64,000 nt of DNA. It comes from Callorhinchus milii. Its lineage: Eukaryota. Location of the stretch: positions 75,642,001 through 75,706,000 of the forward strand of contig NW_024704743.1 in NCBI RefSeq assembly GCF_018977255.1, given 5' to 3'. Below, piece by piece: positions 25,164 to 37,810 of the stretch. The notes beneath the pieces were generated by a model. That model had not been told where the DNA came from and made no database searches. It saw nothing but the letters and a program-made list of their open reading frames with translations. Position 1 is the first letter of the stretch; the number at the start of each line of letters is the position of its first letter. The translations under genes were made by a program, and so were the position numbers.

Positions 25164-25299
25164 TCACCAGTGTTCTCTGATGTGATTGAAATTAGCACAG
25201 TGAATTCTGCTATTAGTAACAATTGCAACAGCAGAGTTAACTATAGAACAGAACAGATTACTGAAAAAGATGTTGGTTGGAAATGTCTCTAGGTCGGTT

Positions 25300-25960
25300 A
25301 GCACGCAAATCAGAATGCTGAGGGAAAGAGTAAATAGCAGAGTCTCTGACCACAATATTTCAAAGATGTTCAGATATGAAAATTAGAAAGTGCTAGAGAA
25401 CTGAAGGGTTGCCAAAGTCACAGCATTGTTTCAGAAAAGATGCACAGGTCATCTGAAAATCTGGAGTGGGTAAACTTTTAGAAACCGTAACATAGGATAA
25501 AATTAACACTGACTTTCAAGAGGATGGGTTAATTAATGACAGTCAATATGGAATTGTAAAAGGCAAGTCTTCCGAACCAATTTTTTTGATTGATTGCATT
25601 GATAAAGGGAATGCAGTAGCAGTGAATACAAATTTTCAAAGGCAGTTGATAAAATACCACAAATAGACTAGTTAACAACTTAAGGCACATATAATAGGTA
25701 GTGTAGAGTGTTAACAGAAAGTTGGTTAAAGGACAGAAAAGACATCAAGGATAAATGAATGTTTCTCAGAATGGAACAATGTAAATAATGGAGGCTTTCA
25801 AGGGTCAGTGTTAAGACCATCGCTGTTCTCAATATATAAATGACCTGAACTCAGGTATAGAGGGCACAATAACAACATTTGCATACAGAAAAATAGGGAG
25901 CGAGGGAGCAGAAGTCTGCAAGTAGCTTCAGAAGGACATGGACAAAGGTGGTGAACTGTC
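25300..25960 (+). mobile_element. Highly decayed CR1 RT fragment
   Basis: Remnants of CR1 RT-coding motifs (ttttcaaaggcagttgataaa, caagggtcagtgttaagacc, aaatgacctg, acatttgcat). Confidence 0.65.
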
Positions 25961-26732
25961 TAAAACAAAACTGAACTACGAGATCGATACAGGGGAGGAG
26001 AACAGTAATCCCCTATTTACACAGTACTATTTGGATGAATTAAACACAAAGCTTGCACTGAATCAATGTTAAAAATGCAGCAGAAATATCGTTCCTCGGT
26101 TACAATCTTGAAGTAATTGTGGCCACCTTGACACAATGCTTTTGCCAGGACGCTGATTCTAGCAATTCCAGTACAAGTAATTCACAGATGTAAATGTTGT
26201 GGACTTACTGATGGTGATATGTATGAAGCCAGCCTTGTGGAACTGGATGTCTGGCTCAAGGCAGTTAATGCTAGTTTGCAGGATATCAGCCTTTTAGTAA
26301 AGAAAAAGCTCATGGTAGCTAGTATCCAGTTAACCGCAAGTCAAATGCCATGATCCAAAATCACAGCGTCACGAACATCACTGTTGAGAACAGCATCTGA
26401 GGGAGTCTATCTGTGGCACATCCAATGAGAATAAATATGAAATGAATCATTAAACTGACCCCATTGTCTGTACTACTTCTGGATGATTCTGTTTTGAAAG
26501 ACCTTCCAAAAAAATCTTGGATCTTAAATATTAGCCTCACAGACCAAACTCCATCAAAGAGCTCCAGTTAGGTTACTGTGGGGTAATTCTCAATCACTGG
26601 TAAATTGACCAAGTGCCTGGGAAGAAAGCATATCTTTATCCTATTCTCTACTGGTCGGCAAATGTGATGACTAGAAGACAGCAAAACAATATAAATCTAT
26701 TCATCTTTCTCCATAGAAATATACAACATTTA

Positions 26733-27053
26733 AATAATAATAATAATAATCCTTGCATTTGATATAGCGCTTTTCACGTCGGGAGGACATCCCAAAGCGC
26801 TTCACAGAACACACTGTAAAGTGAATTGACTATATATTTGTGGGCGAACGCGGCAGCCAATTGCGCACAGCAGTGTCCCACAAACAGTCGTAGATTGAAA
26901 ATGACCAATTTATTATTGATTTTGGTTTTGGAGGGATTATTATTAGGCTGTGTGGAGTAAGGAAACTTGCCCAAGGTTTTGCCCCGCCTGGAATTGAACT
27001 CAGGTCTCTCGCTTGCAAAGCGAGTGCTCTAACCACTGAGCTACTGGACTCCA
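26733..27053 (-). mobile_element. Young tRNA-derived SINE, full length
   Basis: Complete match to the family seen at 486-806. Confidence 0.93.
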
Positions 27054-27281
27054 AAATCAAGGGTCATTGTATTAATGTCAGTAGTTTTTAATGGAGATGA
27101 TTTCTCTTTAAGCTTCTGTTCAGGGAGCTGACAGTTCCTGTAAAAAAAATGATACAAGCTTTCTTTGCATAAATGTGAACTTTTTAAATCTGTCATTCTT
27201 GCATTGGAGATTCTCACTAGATTAAAAGTAAAACATTTGCAAGTACAGTAATACTCTAGTTGTGGTATGATAGTGATACTT

Positions 27282-27296
27282 CCACCAGAGGGCAGC
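27282..27296 (+). promoter_or_regulatory. Candidate CTCF-binding motif
   Basis: CCACCAGAGGGCAGC closely matches the CTCF core consensus and lies in non-repeat sequence. Confidence 0.5.
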
Positions 27297-28159
27297 CAAG
27301 TCCTTTATGAAGCAGGTGGATCCATTACATAAGCCTTGAAATTCCAAATTTAGTGTGTAAAATAATAATATAATAATAATCCTTGCATTTGATTTAGAAC
27401 CTTACAACACCAATGAGATGTCTCAAAGTGAACCACAAGATATACTGTAAAGTATATCCTGTTTACATAATTACACAAATATATAACTATATATCCTTTA
27501 ACATAAATAGTAATATATTACAATATAATTATACTACATATATATAATTGTATTTGCATTTACATAGCGGCTTTGCATCATGAGCGATTGCTGAGGGAAC
27601 TCTCAATCCATGATTGTTTGTGGGATGCTGCTGCACACAATTAGCTATATCCTAGTCATATTTTCTTTACCCTGAGGGCTATGAACGATTCAAATACGTT
27701 GTCAGGAGTGGTAGTTAAGGCCAGGACAGTGGACCCATTTAAAAAGCAGCTTGGGAGGACAGTAGATGAGATATTCTGGAGGGATTGACAACAGTTGAGG
27801 CGTGGACAGGAGGATCGTAGGCCATGTTTAAAAGAATGTCTCAAGACCTACCTCGTTGATGGGCCATTTGGTCATCATTTCCCCTCACCAGCCACTCAGC
27901 TCACACCCCCAGTTTCGGTGCCAAGCCGATACTGTTAAGCGCCTTAGGACATCCTCCTAATGTGAAAGGAGCTGAACTGTAAATTTCTTATCATTCTGTA
28001 TGACTGGGATCAGATGGGCTGAAGCTCCTTCTTCATCCAAACTAACCTTGTGATCTTGTGATTAACCATTAAAATGTCAACAGCTTCCATGGAAGCTTGG
28101 CCTTTCTGTGGTTCTGAATATTTTCAGCTCATGCACTGAAAACTTTCAGTTCATGTAGT

Positions 28160-28944
28160 AAAAACAGAAAAGCAAATTATTTTCTAGAAGGGAAGAGACT
28201 AGAGAGTGTTAGTGTTCAGAGGGATTTGGGTGTCCTTGTACACCAGTCACAAAAGGTTATATGCAGGTACAGCAAGCAACTAATGGCATGTTGGCGTTTA
28301 TTGCAAAAGGGTTAAAATACAAGAGTAGGGAAGTCTTGCTGCAACTGTATAGGGCCTTGGTGAGACTGCACCTAGAGTATTGTGTGCAGTTTTGGTCTCC
28401 TTATTTAAGAAAGGACATACTCGCCTTAGAGGGGGTGCAGCGAAGATTCACTCGGTTAGTTCCTGGGATGAGTGGATTGACCTATGAGGAGAGGTTGGGT
28501 AAACTAGGCCTATATTCTCTAGAATATAGAAGAATTAGGGGTGATTTTATGGAAACAAAGAAGATTCTTATGGTTGCAGACAGTGCGAGACAGTGTGAGA
28601 CTGTTTCCCCTGGTTGGAGAATCTAGAGCTAGGGGTCACAGTCTTAAGATTAAGGGACATCCCTTTCGAACAGAGTTGAGGAAACACTTCTTCATTCAGA
28701 GGTTAGTGAATTTATGGAATTCTCTACCTCAGAAGGCTGTAGATGCTCAATCCTTGAACATATTCAAGACTGAGATTGATAGATTTCTAAAGGATAGAGG
28801 GATTAAGGGATATGGGGATAAGGCGGGCGGATGGAGTTAGGTTAGAAAATCAGCCATGATCTTATTGAATGGTGGGGCAGGCTCGAGGGACCAAATGGCC
28901 TACTCCTGCTCCTAATTCCTATGTTCCTAATTCCTATGTTCCTG
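28160..28944 (+). mobile_element. CR1 LINE, 5'-truncated, relatively young
   Basis: LYRALVRLHLEYCVQFWSPY...LEGVQRRFTR...GHSLKI...LWNSLP and tail cctaattcctatgttcct. Confidence 0.93.
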
Positions 28945-29726
28945 AAACAATCCTAGGAACACTAACAATAACAAACACAAATGCAAAGATTGTTTTAGTT
29001 CAGTAGTGAAGCTACTCAAATATTAGTTTGGGTAACTACAGAATGGAATGTACTTATCTGAGCCAGGACTGATATCAGGTATTAGAGTACATGTGTAGGG
29101 TAGATTCTATGAAAGGCAGATTGAAGAAACCCATCACCAAACAGGAACAAATTACCAAGAAGTGTGGTTGTGGTTTTAAATGAGTCCAGGGAACTGCATG
29201 GTTGCTATGATGCAAAAATGGTAAGTAGGGTGGGTGTTCTGGAAGGATGAGGAATAGGCCTAAGGGCCTTCTTCAACAAAACTGATCTTATGATCTTTGC
29301 GAAATCATAGATACTTCAGAGAACATACGAAGAAACTTCTGAAATATTGCTATCAACTATTTTGATAGTTTTGTGCAAATCAGTAGAACACTGATCTTGG
29401 GAATACATGCAAACAAAACAAACAAATTACATTTGTATAGTACCTATAACATCAGGAGGACATTCCAAGGCGCTGGAAAGTCAGAGATCCGCACCTCAGT
29501 TGGTGTTTGGGATCAGGAAGGGTGGGGGCAAGGAGGGTGACCGAAGGCACAGTTGAAGAGGAGGGTCTTGAGACGAGTCTTGAAGGAGGCAAGGAAGGGG
29601 CCGAGGCAAATGGAGTTCCAAAGGGTGAGGGCAGAGGGACTGAAGGCCTACCAGTCAAATGCCGGATGTGAAGCAGGTCAGAGCCCGCTGAGCGGAGGCA
29701 GCGGTCAGGTTGGTAGGATTAAGGAG

Positions 29727-30719
29727 CTATGTTCCCTCTAATTTTTTTTCGGGCATGCTCGGAATGAATTTGGGTTTATGCACCGATACAAAGGCTGTGT
29801 GTGCCACCATAAAAAAAAATCAAAACTTTGAATAGAACATCGTTTTAGAAAACATTATTCAGGGTATATAACAAACAGAATAAATGTACAAAATAATGGA
29901 TAATTGTAACAAAGTGAGCTGACAAGGATTTTTAATTAAACAAAACTGGTTATAGAAATTTCAGAAGTAAACACTGCCACCTGCACGCAGCTTAGAGGAC
30001 AGTGGACATGAGTGGAGAATCAGGGATAAAATCCATTTTATTACATGTATCTGATGTAATCTTTACACCAATTTGGTAATCTGTGTCAATATTGTTTGCC
30101 TACCACTGAAGCCACAGTTATGGCAAAACACAGACTAAATGAACAAACTGATAAAAGGGACCCAATTTACAGTGACTAAATGAAACAATGCATGGGTAAT
30201 GTAATAAAAAAACTGCTTCACTGGACAGGGGTACGTCTCTGCAGTAAAGCTTTATTTTCAGCTAACGTTCGATGGAATTTTATAGTTATTGAAGTGAATG
30301 CACTGTAAGCTTTTTGACATTGCATATCTATGTAGCTACAGAAACTACATAATTTAATTAACGTGACACAGTATGTTATTGCCAGGCTGACAGTCTATAT
30401 AAACGAAAATGCCTTTCTCACAAGATCAGATTTTTGTCTTAAAGTATTAGCTGACTTTGCTTTGTACACTTGGACATAACACAATTGGTAACCTGCCTAC
30501 CTGAGCCACTTTCTAATATACATCTACCAAGCCAGGCCAATCCGTGTTCCTCCTTGTATTTTTAGAGTTTGTTAATTCTTCAAACTCAGTCCTTTATTTG
30601 AAGGATGTTGGAAAGAGGAGAGTAATTGTTTACTACTTGCGCGGCCGGAATGGTTAAGTGCGTGGCACACAACAGACTGCTACGCGCCCGAGCACACGCA
30701 TAGCTTAGAGGGAACAGCG
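29727..30719. mobile_element. Non-autonomous hAT-like DNA transposon (~1 kb)
   Basis: 15-bp TIRs ctaTGTTCCCTCTAA / TTAGAGGGAACAgcg (12-bp perfect core) and a degenerate 8-bp TSD ttaaggag / gttaggag. It interrupts an L2. Confidence 0.72.
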
Positions 30720-30845
30720 GTTAGGAGGTCACAGAGGTAAGGAGGAGCAAGGTCATGGAGGGCTTTGAAGATGTGGACCAGGATCTTGGACTGTATCCTC
30801 TGAGTGATGGGGAACCAGTGGAGTCGGGCAAGGATGGGGGAGATT

Positions 30846-31109
30846 ATAATAATAATAATCCTTGCATTTGATATAGCGCTTTTCACGTTGGGAGGACATC
30901 CCAAAGTGCTTCACAGAACACACTGTAAAGTGAATTGACTGTATATTTGTGGGCGAACGCGGCAGCCAATTGCACAAAGCAGTGTTCCACAAACACTCGT
31001 GGATTGAATAAGCAATTTTTTTAATATAAGAAATTATTACCCCCGGAAAAGTGATCTGCCTATCGACTAACAACCAGGTTCCTGCTTACTGCTAGGTAAA
31101 CAGAGGCCT
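30846..31109 (-). mobile_element. 5'-truncated SINE, long variant, nested in L2
   Basis: SINE tail and body plus the extra central segment cctctgtttacctagcagtaagcaggaacc. Confidence 0.85.
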
Positions 31110-33169
31110 AGGTGATGGGGTCGCGGAACCCGGTGCGGGAGAGGACACGGGCTGCAGAATTCTGGATAATCTGCAGCCTGTGGAGGGAGGAGTTGGGAAG
31201 GCCGACAAGCAGGGAGCTTGATTGTTGAGCCAAGACCGTCGTCCATGTGTTCATCACATCCTAGTCGAACCTGGATGTGATGAACACGTGGATGAGGGTC
31301 TTGGTGGCCTGTGGTGAGATACTGTGGTGAAACCAGGCAATGTTGCGAAGGTGGGAAAAAACAAAGAGAGTCATGGTACAGATGTGGGGTATGAAGGACA
31401 GTTGAGGGTTGAACAGCACCCCAAGCTTCTGCATTGCGTCTGTGAGGTGTAGAATGCATCCATGAAGAGTGATGCTGTCAACACCACAGGAAATAGGGAA
31501 ATAATCCAAGAGAAGATATTGTATTGTTCTAATCATTGTACAGTTGCGCAGAAAATGTGAATAAAATGAAACTTGAACAATTGACAACCGTTCAGCTCGA
31601 AGCCCTTCAATGTGGGTGTTTTTGGTTTATGTTCTTATAGAACTCACAGTGACCTCACACAATCCTACAAAATTGTTTTCTATGCATAGATAGAAATTCA
31701 TCACAAATAGAAATTCATCTTCTCTGCAAAGAATAAACCAATCTCACCACTGCTGCACTCATCTCTGATCTATAGCCACAGAATAAGAAGCTTTAAGAAC
31801 AAGAATATTAAACTTTAAATCATTACAAATGAATTGTATCTTATTATATGGAAATGCACTACTGGAGTTCAAGAGGTTAACTAACATTCCGTGAATGGCT
31901 GTAAATATAACAGGACTGGTGGGGGGAGCAGATCTGATTGGTGAATTTATCAACTGTGAGTTTATGATGGATTTCACATGATAAGCTCTTGCGCAAGGTC
32001 AGGAAATATACCGATCAACGGAAAATAAGATGCACTTGCCCCTCAAGCCTGAAGTATTACTGACAATCAGTAATGTCTCTTGTGCCAGGGAGCACCTCAA
32101 CCTCTGGCTTCTTATCTATTTGATTGACAAGAGTTGATCATTGCTCATATTCTCCTGAGCTTGGATGCATAACAACTTAAAATACAGACTTTGGCCAATC
32201 TACATTCTTTAAAACAAAAGTTTTGACTGTATGCATTTTAGGATCAATGTGTCCTATAGCTGGAGAATCTGGAGTCCATTTAAGCATTTATTAATATTAA
32301 TAATTCAAAAAATAATAAGACTTGTATTTGATATAGTGCCCATAATGTCCAGAACTTCTCAAAGTACTTCACACAGTTTCTGTAAAAGTTAAGAGAAGTT
32401 GCACTGCACAATGCCCATATTTATACTCCAGAAAGCTGTAGAGATAGAATCAATAGGGATGTTAAAAAAAAGAATGGCAGATACTAGGGTGGTAGAGGTT
32501 TTAAGGCATGTGGTGAAAAGGCAGGGTATAGGGATCAAAAGATCTAAACTCTAAGATCTAAACCAAACTCTAACTGGTGATACATGCTCGATGGGCTGAA
32601 AGGCCTCCTCCTGTTCCTGTTTTTGTATGTTCCTATATGAATTGAACAACATTATACAGGCTGTGGGTTACACATGTTCTACCATATGCTACACAATGGA
32701 AGAAATCTATAATTGTGAAATAACACAGAATGGAATATATCTCTTGATAGACAAATTCTACCCAAATATCTACTGGCTGGGAATTTGTCATGTCTTTTAT
32801 AAACACTCCTCCAGCTATTGTTTAATTTATGTGGTATCGACCACATACAAAATACTTCAAGGAGATTACATCTGGTCACAATGAATGAATTAAAAAAAAA
32901 AATCCAAGAAAGGTCACAGTAATAACAATACTAAACCTCATCACAGAACAGTCTGATTAATACTCAAATTGGGGTACATCATGTGGTGTTTGCTTTCTTG
33001 TGAATTTTTTTTAACATGCAGCTTATATTACAAACCTCACGAGAAATGTCACTGCAGACATCAGACATTGCATGATAGACTCTCCTTGTTTCCAACTGCA
33101 CTAGAACCAAACCACACATAAACAGGGAATGAAACAAGGCAAACAGGACGCTGAGCTGTATTGCCAAAT

Positions 33170-33665
33170 CAATTGACACAGACCATACCTAGAGTACAGC
33201 ATACAGTTCTGGTCGGCTTGACATAAGGGGCAGCCCAAGCCCTAGAGGCAGTGCAGAGGACAAAAAACAGAATGATCTACGTTAGAGGAATGAACTATAA
33301 GCACCGATTAGACAAGCTACTGCTCTTCGGTCTTAAAAGGAGATGTCACATGGGGACCTTTCATAGATGTACATAATTTTAAATGGGATTGAAAACATTG
33401 TTTTGGATGCACGAAGGCAGTAGAATAATAGGACTTACATTTAGAGATGCAAAGGGTAATTTCAGGACAGACACCAGCAAGTATTTTGTTACCCAGAGTG
33501 TAATTAACGACTGGAACAGGTTATCATGAAGGGTGGTTGAGGTCAAGACCCAGGAATCATTTACAAACATCAATTCTGTAATAGGAGGATGATAAGGTGG
33601 ATATACTGAAGGATGGGATCAAGTGGACCGAAGGGACTTCATGATCTAGACCAATGATCTTGTAC
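33170..33665 (+). mobile_element. Decayed CR1 3' fragment
   Basis: cctagagtacagcatacagttctggtc...cagagtgtaattaacgactggaac (LEY..QFW and QRV.N.WN remnants). Confidence 0.72.
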
Positions 33666-34939
33666 ATAGCATTACATGAAGAGGAGTGATAGTCTTATTC
33701 TGGTGAAGCAGCCCTGCGTGTATTAATAGGAAGGCACATCGAATAAGGAAAAAAATATTTACAGTACTGTAGATCACTTGATATGTTTGAAATTATTTAC
33801 GTACTACATGCAGTCAAACTTCTCATAGATTTATTAAATCCATAGTAACCAATATACAAAGCAGTCATGTTAAAAGTGCTTCTTACAAAGAGGGTTGTGA
33901 AGATGTATTATGTTCTGACCCAGAAAGCTATGGTGATTGTAATGAATTGGGATGTTTAAAAGAGACAGATACTTGGATAATAGAGGTATTAAAGTTGTTT
34001 TAGGCTGAAAGGGCAGAGCATTGGATTTGAAAATCTGCCAGATGCAAGAAATTGTGGGAAAAGGCTCGATGGGCTTAATGGTCTCTTCCCATTCCTGTTT
34101 TCCTATGTTCCTATTAAAGTCAATTTTGTTGTCCTTGGGCTCTCTGCCTAAGTGAGGTGAAGCGATTTTGGAAGAGTCAAGAGCATAATGGATAAAACTG
34201 GGCCGTCAATAGTAGGAGGGAAAAACAAGTGGCAGACCAGAATCAGAGAGCAGAATGTACAGGCAGTAGAATTGACTTGGAGGAGGTGCAATAGGTAGAG
34301 AGGGGATGACACGTTAAAAGGATTTGAAGGGATCTAAGATCAACTAACTCAGCACAAACCTGGATCAGACATGAGAACGTATTGTCCCAAATTGCTTCAC
34401 CTCACTTTCTTGCCGCTGCCTTCAAAACTCTCTCAGCTGTGTTTTTGGTCAATATCCTTTATTCTCTTTTTTTTCCCTCCCTGTTCAATGCTCCGAGTTA
34501 TACTTGTTAAGTGCATTGAGATGTTCAGTCTACATGAAACGCTCAATATGAATGCCAGTTGTTGCTATCTTCTAAGTTTGTTTGTCTGCAGTGATCACTC
34601 TTTTCTAGTTACTGCTAGGAGAACATTGCAGCATAGAGGGCATTAATCAGTGTAGTGCTCATCTCTAAACAGCATTCCTTTAGACTTCCACTTCCTTCTT
34701 GTTGAAATACAATGCAAATACAAAATTACATTTTATAGTGCCTTTCACATCGAGAGGAAGTCCCGAGGCTCAGTATTGATGAATTAAAGAATTGGTAAAT
34801 TGTATCAATTTTGGCCAATTATCCGCGCACCACAGAATGATTATAGACCTGTGATCCAACTGCAAACATTGCTAATAATTACTATAAGGTACTTTCAAGT
34901 GAAAACAAGGATATATCACAATATAATGCAAACACCCTG

Positions 34940-35268
34940 ATAATAATAATAATAATAATAATCCTCACATTTGATATAGCGCTTTTCACGTAGGGAGGAC
35001 GTCCCAAAGCGCTTCACAGAACACACTGTAAAGTGAATTGACTGTATATTTGTGGGCGAACGCGGCAGCCAATTGCGCACAGCAATGTCCTACAAACAGT
35101 CGTGGATTGAAAATGACCAATTTATTATTGTTTTGGGATTTTTTGGAGGGATTATTATTAGGCGTGTGGAGTAAGGAAACTTGCCCAAGGTTTCGCCCTG
35201 CCTGGAATTGAACTCAGGTCTCTCGCTTGCAAAGCGAGTGCTCTACCCATTGAGCTACAGGACTCCAC
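34940..35268 (-). mobile_element. Young tRNA-derived SINE, full length
   Basis: Complete family match. Confidence 0.93.
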
Positions 35269-36231
35269 AATGTGCATCTTGAGAAGAGCAGTTACTTAAC
35301 TTTTAGTATTCATAAAAATGAACTCATATCAGGCAAAAACAGGAACCTAAAGGGTACAATGATTTATGACAAATTCTTTATCCAATATCAGTTCAATGTA
35401 GTCAATTGCACAAACTCAACAAAATAGCCCCATACTCATGGGGCCCAATACTCAATTTCAACATCTGTTTGAGACATTAGCTTCCTAAACATAGTCCAAA
35501 AGGATTCAATAATTTCAGCAATCTGTATTCAATCATCATGCATCGTCAGTCATGTGTAATTATAGCTAAGTACATTACAATTTAATTTAATGGCACATAA
35601 TTGTGGGAGTGTTTTATCATTTATGTTGCAAAAGTGTTCAAAAATGGCAAAAAGAATAATTCTTCGACATTCAATTCAAACATTACCTTTTAATGATTCA
35701 CAATTTACGAGAAACAGCAAAACATAGCTACTCCAATTTTATTCTAAAGCCAACTATCTATTCAACAATAAAAAGGACGGTGGCGGCAGGGAACACTCAG
35801 TGGCATTGCAGTCCAGTGCCGATAATTTGAACAAGGCACAGTGACATTCAGAACCCATTGAAATTCCGCCTTGCGATTCAGAGTTCAAAGAGATAAAGGG
35901 GAATCATTTGAACAAGTTATGCATTGTGCATCATCTCTGCTGTGACAATAGATAACCCAGCCACAAATATCATTAAAATAAACTACAGTCCCAGGTATTT
36001 CAAACAAATCTTATTAATGCCGCGTCTCTACTCTGTATTTGGAGATGAAACACACATTTCGTTATCCCTTTTCACCCACCTGCTCACCCTCCAAATGTTA
36101 ATTTAAGTGGTTTCCAATGAAGATTCAGCACATTGATATTTAGAGTGCTTTTATATGTTTATACAGTCATAGATGACAATGGGAAATTATAGTATGCATC
36201 TGCAGAATAATGATACAAATAGCACACTTAC

Positions 36232-36300
36232 CTTCTGATTTTGCCTGGTCACATCCTTCACTGGAGTTCTCATTTTGCTCAGATCCATTGTTCACCTCTC
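36232..36300 (-). CDS. PDE1C: PDE1C last common coding exon
   Basis: aattccag|...GAAG|gtaagt, 69 nt, phase 1/1. Translates (G)EVNNGSEQNENSSEGCDQAKSE; the position matches the short exon before the isoform-specific tails. Confidence 0.8.
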
Positions 36301-36550
36301 CTGGAATTAAACATCAATAAATATTCAGCAAAATGCAATGAAAATTGATGTTTTGAATTTTTTAGTAGTGCAGAAACAGTTGTAAATGGTATTAAAAATG
36401 AAAGAGCATTCAACGATTATAAACAGTAGTTAAAAACAACTTTTTGGGGGGGACAGCCGGGTGTCTGACACTTACAGAAACCCATCACCATGCTTAAGAG
36501 TATCCAAACCAAACAGAGTTCTTATATGCAGAAAATGCTAAGATGCCTAA

Positions 36551-36879
36551 AATAATAATAATAATAATAATCCTTGCATTTGATATAGCGCTTTTCACGT
36601 CGGGAGGACATCCCAAAGCGCTTCACAGAACACACTGTAAAGTGAATTGACTGTATATTTGTGGGCGAACGCGGCAGCCAATTGCGCACAGCAATGTCCC
36701 ACAAACAGTTGTAGATTGAAAATGACCAATTTATTATTGTTTTTGGTTTTGGAGGGATTATTATTAGGCTCTGTGTGGAGTAAGGAAACTTGCCCAAGGT
36801 TTCGCCCTCTGTCTGGAATTGAACTCAGGTCTCTCGCTTGCAAAGCGAGTGCTCTAACCACTGAGCTACAGGACTCCAC
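36551..36879 (-). mobile_element. Young tRNA-derived SINE, full length
   Basis: Complete family match; aaaatgctaag occurs on both flanks. Confidence 0.93.
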
Positions 36880-37284
36880 GAAAAATGCTAAGGTAAGATC
36901 ACAATAGCACTTTTCACTGTGCATGTGTGCTGGGCATTTCTAGCGCTAAAATAAGTCCAATACCAGGGTCATCAGGGCATCAGTAACATCACTGATGTCA
37001 GCAGTGACCTGGTGGCCATTTTTAGCATGCAAATAGCTAAAATATCTGATTTCCGGGTCATCAAGTCTCTGCTGACATCACTTCCTGTGTGCTGCTATTG
37101 CACAGGAAATGCTGTTGGCTCCGACCAAATGACCAGGAAGTCCGCCACTTTAGGGTGACAGCCTGCCAGAAAGCACTGTGTACACACACTGAATGTAGTC
37201 TACATTCCAACTGTGAATCAGCTCTATCAAGATGCGTGTGATAATGCGGCCACACAGTACTATGTTACTGCGAATTATAAACAA

Positions 37285-37810
37285 GGACCTTGCTGGTCTC
37301 CCCAGCTTCACCATTCAAAAGATCCAGCTCATTCAAAACTCTGCTGCCCGCATCCTGACCCGGACCACACACTGTACCCACATCTCACCAGTTCTGGCCG
37401 GGCTTCACTGGCTCCCCATTACCGAACGGATCGACTTCAAGATCCTCACACTCATGTTCAAACCCACACACTCCCTGGCACCTCTCTAACTCTCCGATCT
37501 CCTCACTCCCCAATCCACCGCCTCTCCTCGACTGGCACAGGTCTCCTGCTCGTCCCTCACACCCTCCGCCCCACCATTGGAGGTTGCACTTTCAGGCACT
37601 ACGCCCCAAAACTCTGGAACGCTCTCCCTCAATCCCTCTGCCTTGCCCCCCCTCTCCCTCTTTTAGGTCCCGCCTGAAAACTTTCCTCTTCGACCGTGCT
37701 TTTGGCCATCTCCCCCCTGCCCCTGGCTCGGAGTCAGGCTCTGCCACTGTTAGGCGCTCGGAGACACTACCCAGGGTGGAGTACGCTATATAAGTACAAG
37801 TTGTTGTTGA
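37285..37810 (+). mobile_element. L2 LINE 3' fragment (second family)
   Basis: IQLIQNSAARILTRT...LHWLPITERIDFKIL and a (GTT)n tail. Confidence 0.88.

Larger units (their letters stand above)
29420..31490 (-). mobile_element. Decayed L2 LINE split by two nested insertions
   Basis: L2 segments ~29420-29726, ~30720-30845 and ~31110-31490 are collinear once the hAT-like element and the SINE are removed. Confidence 0.8.
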
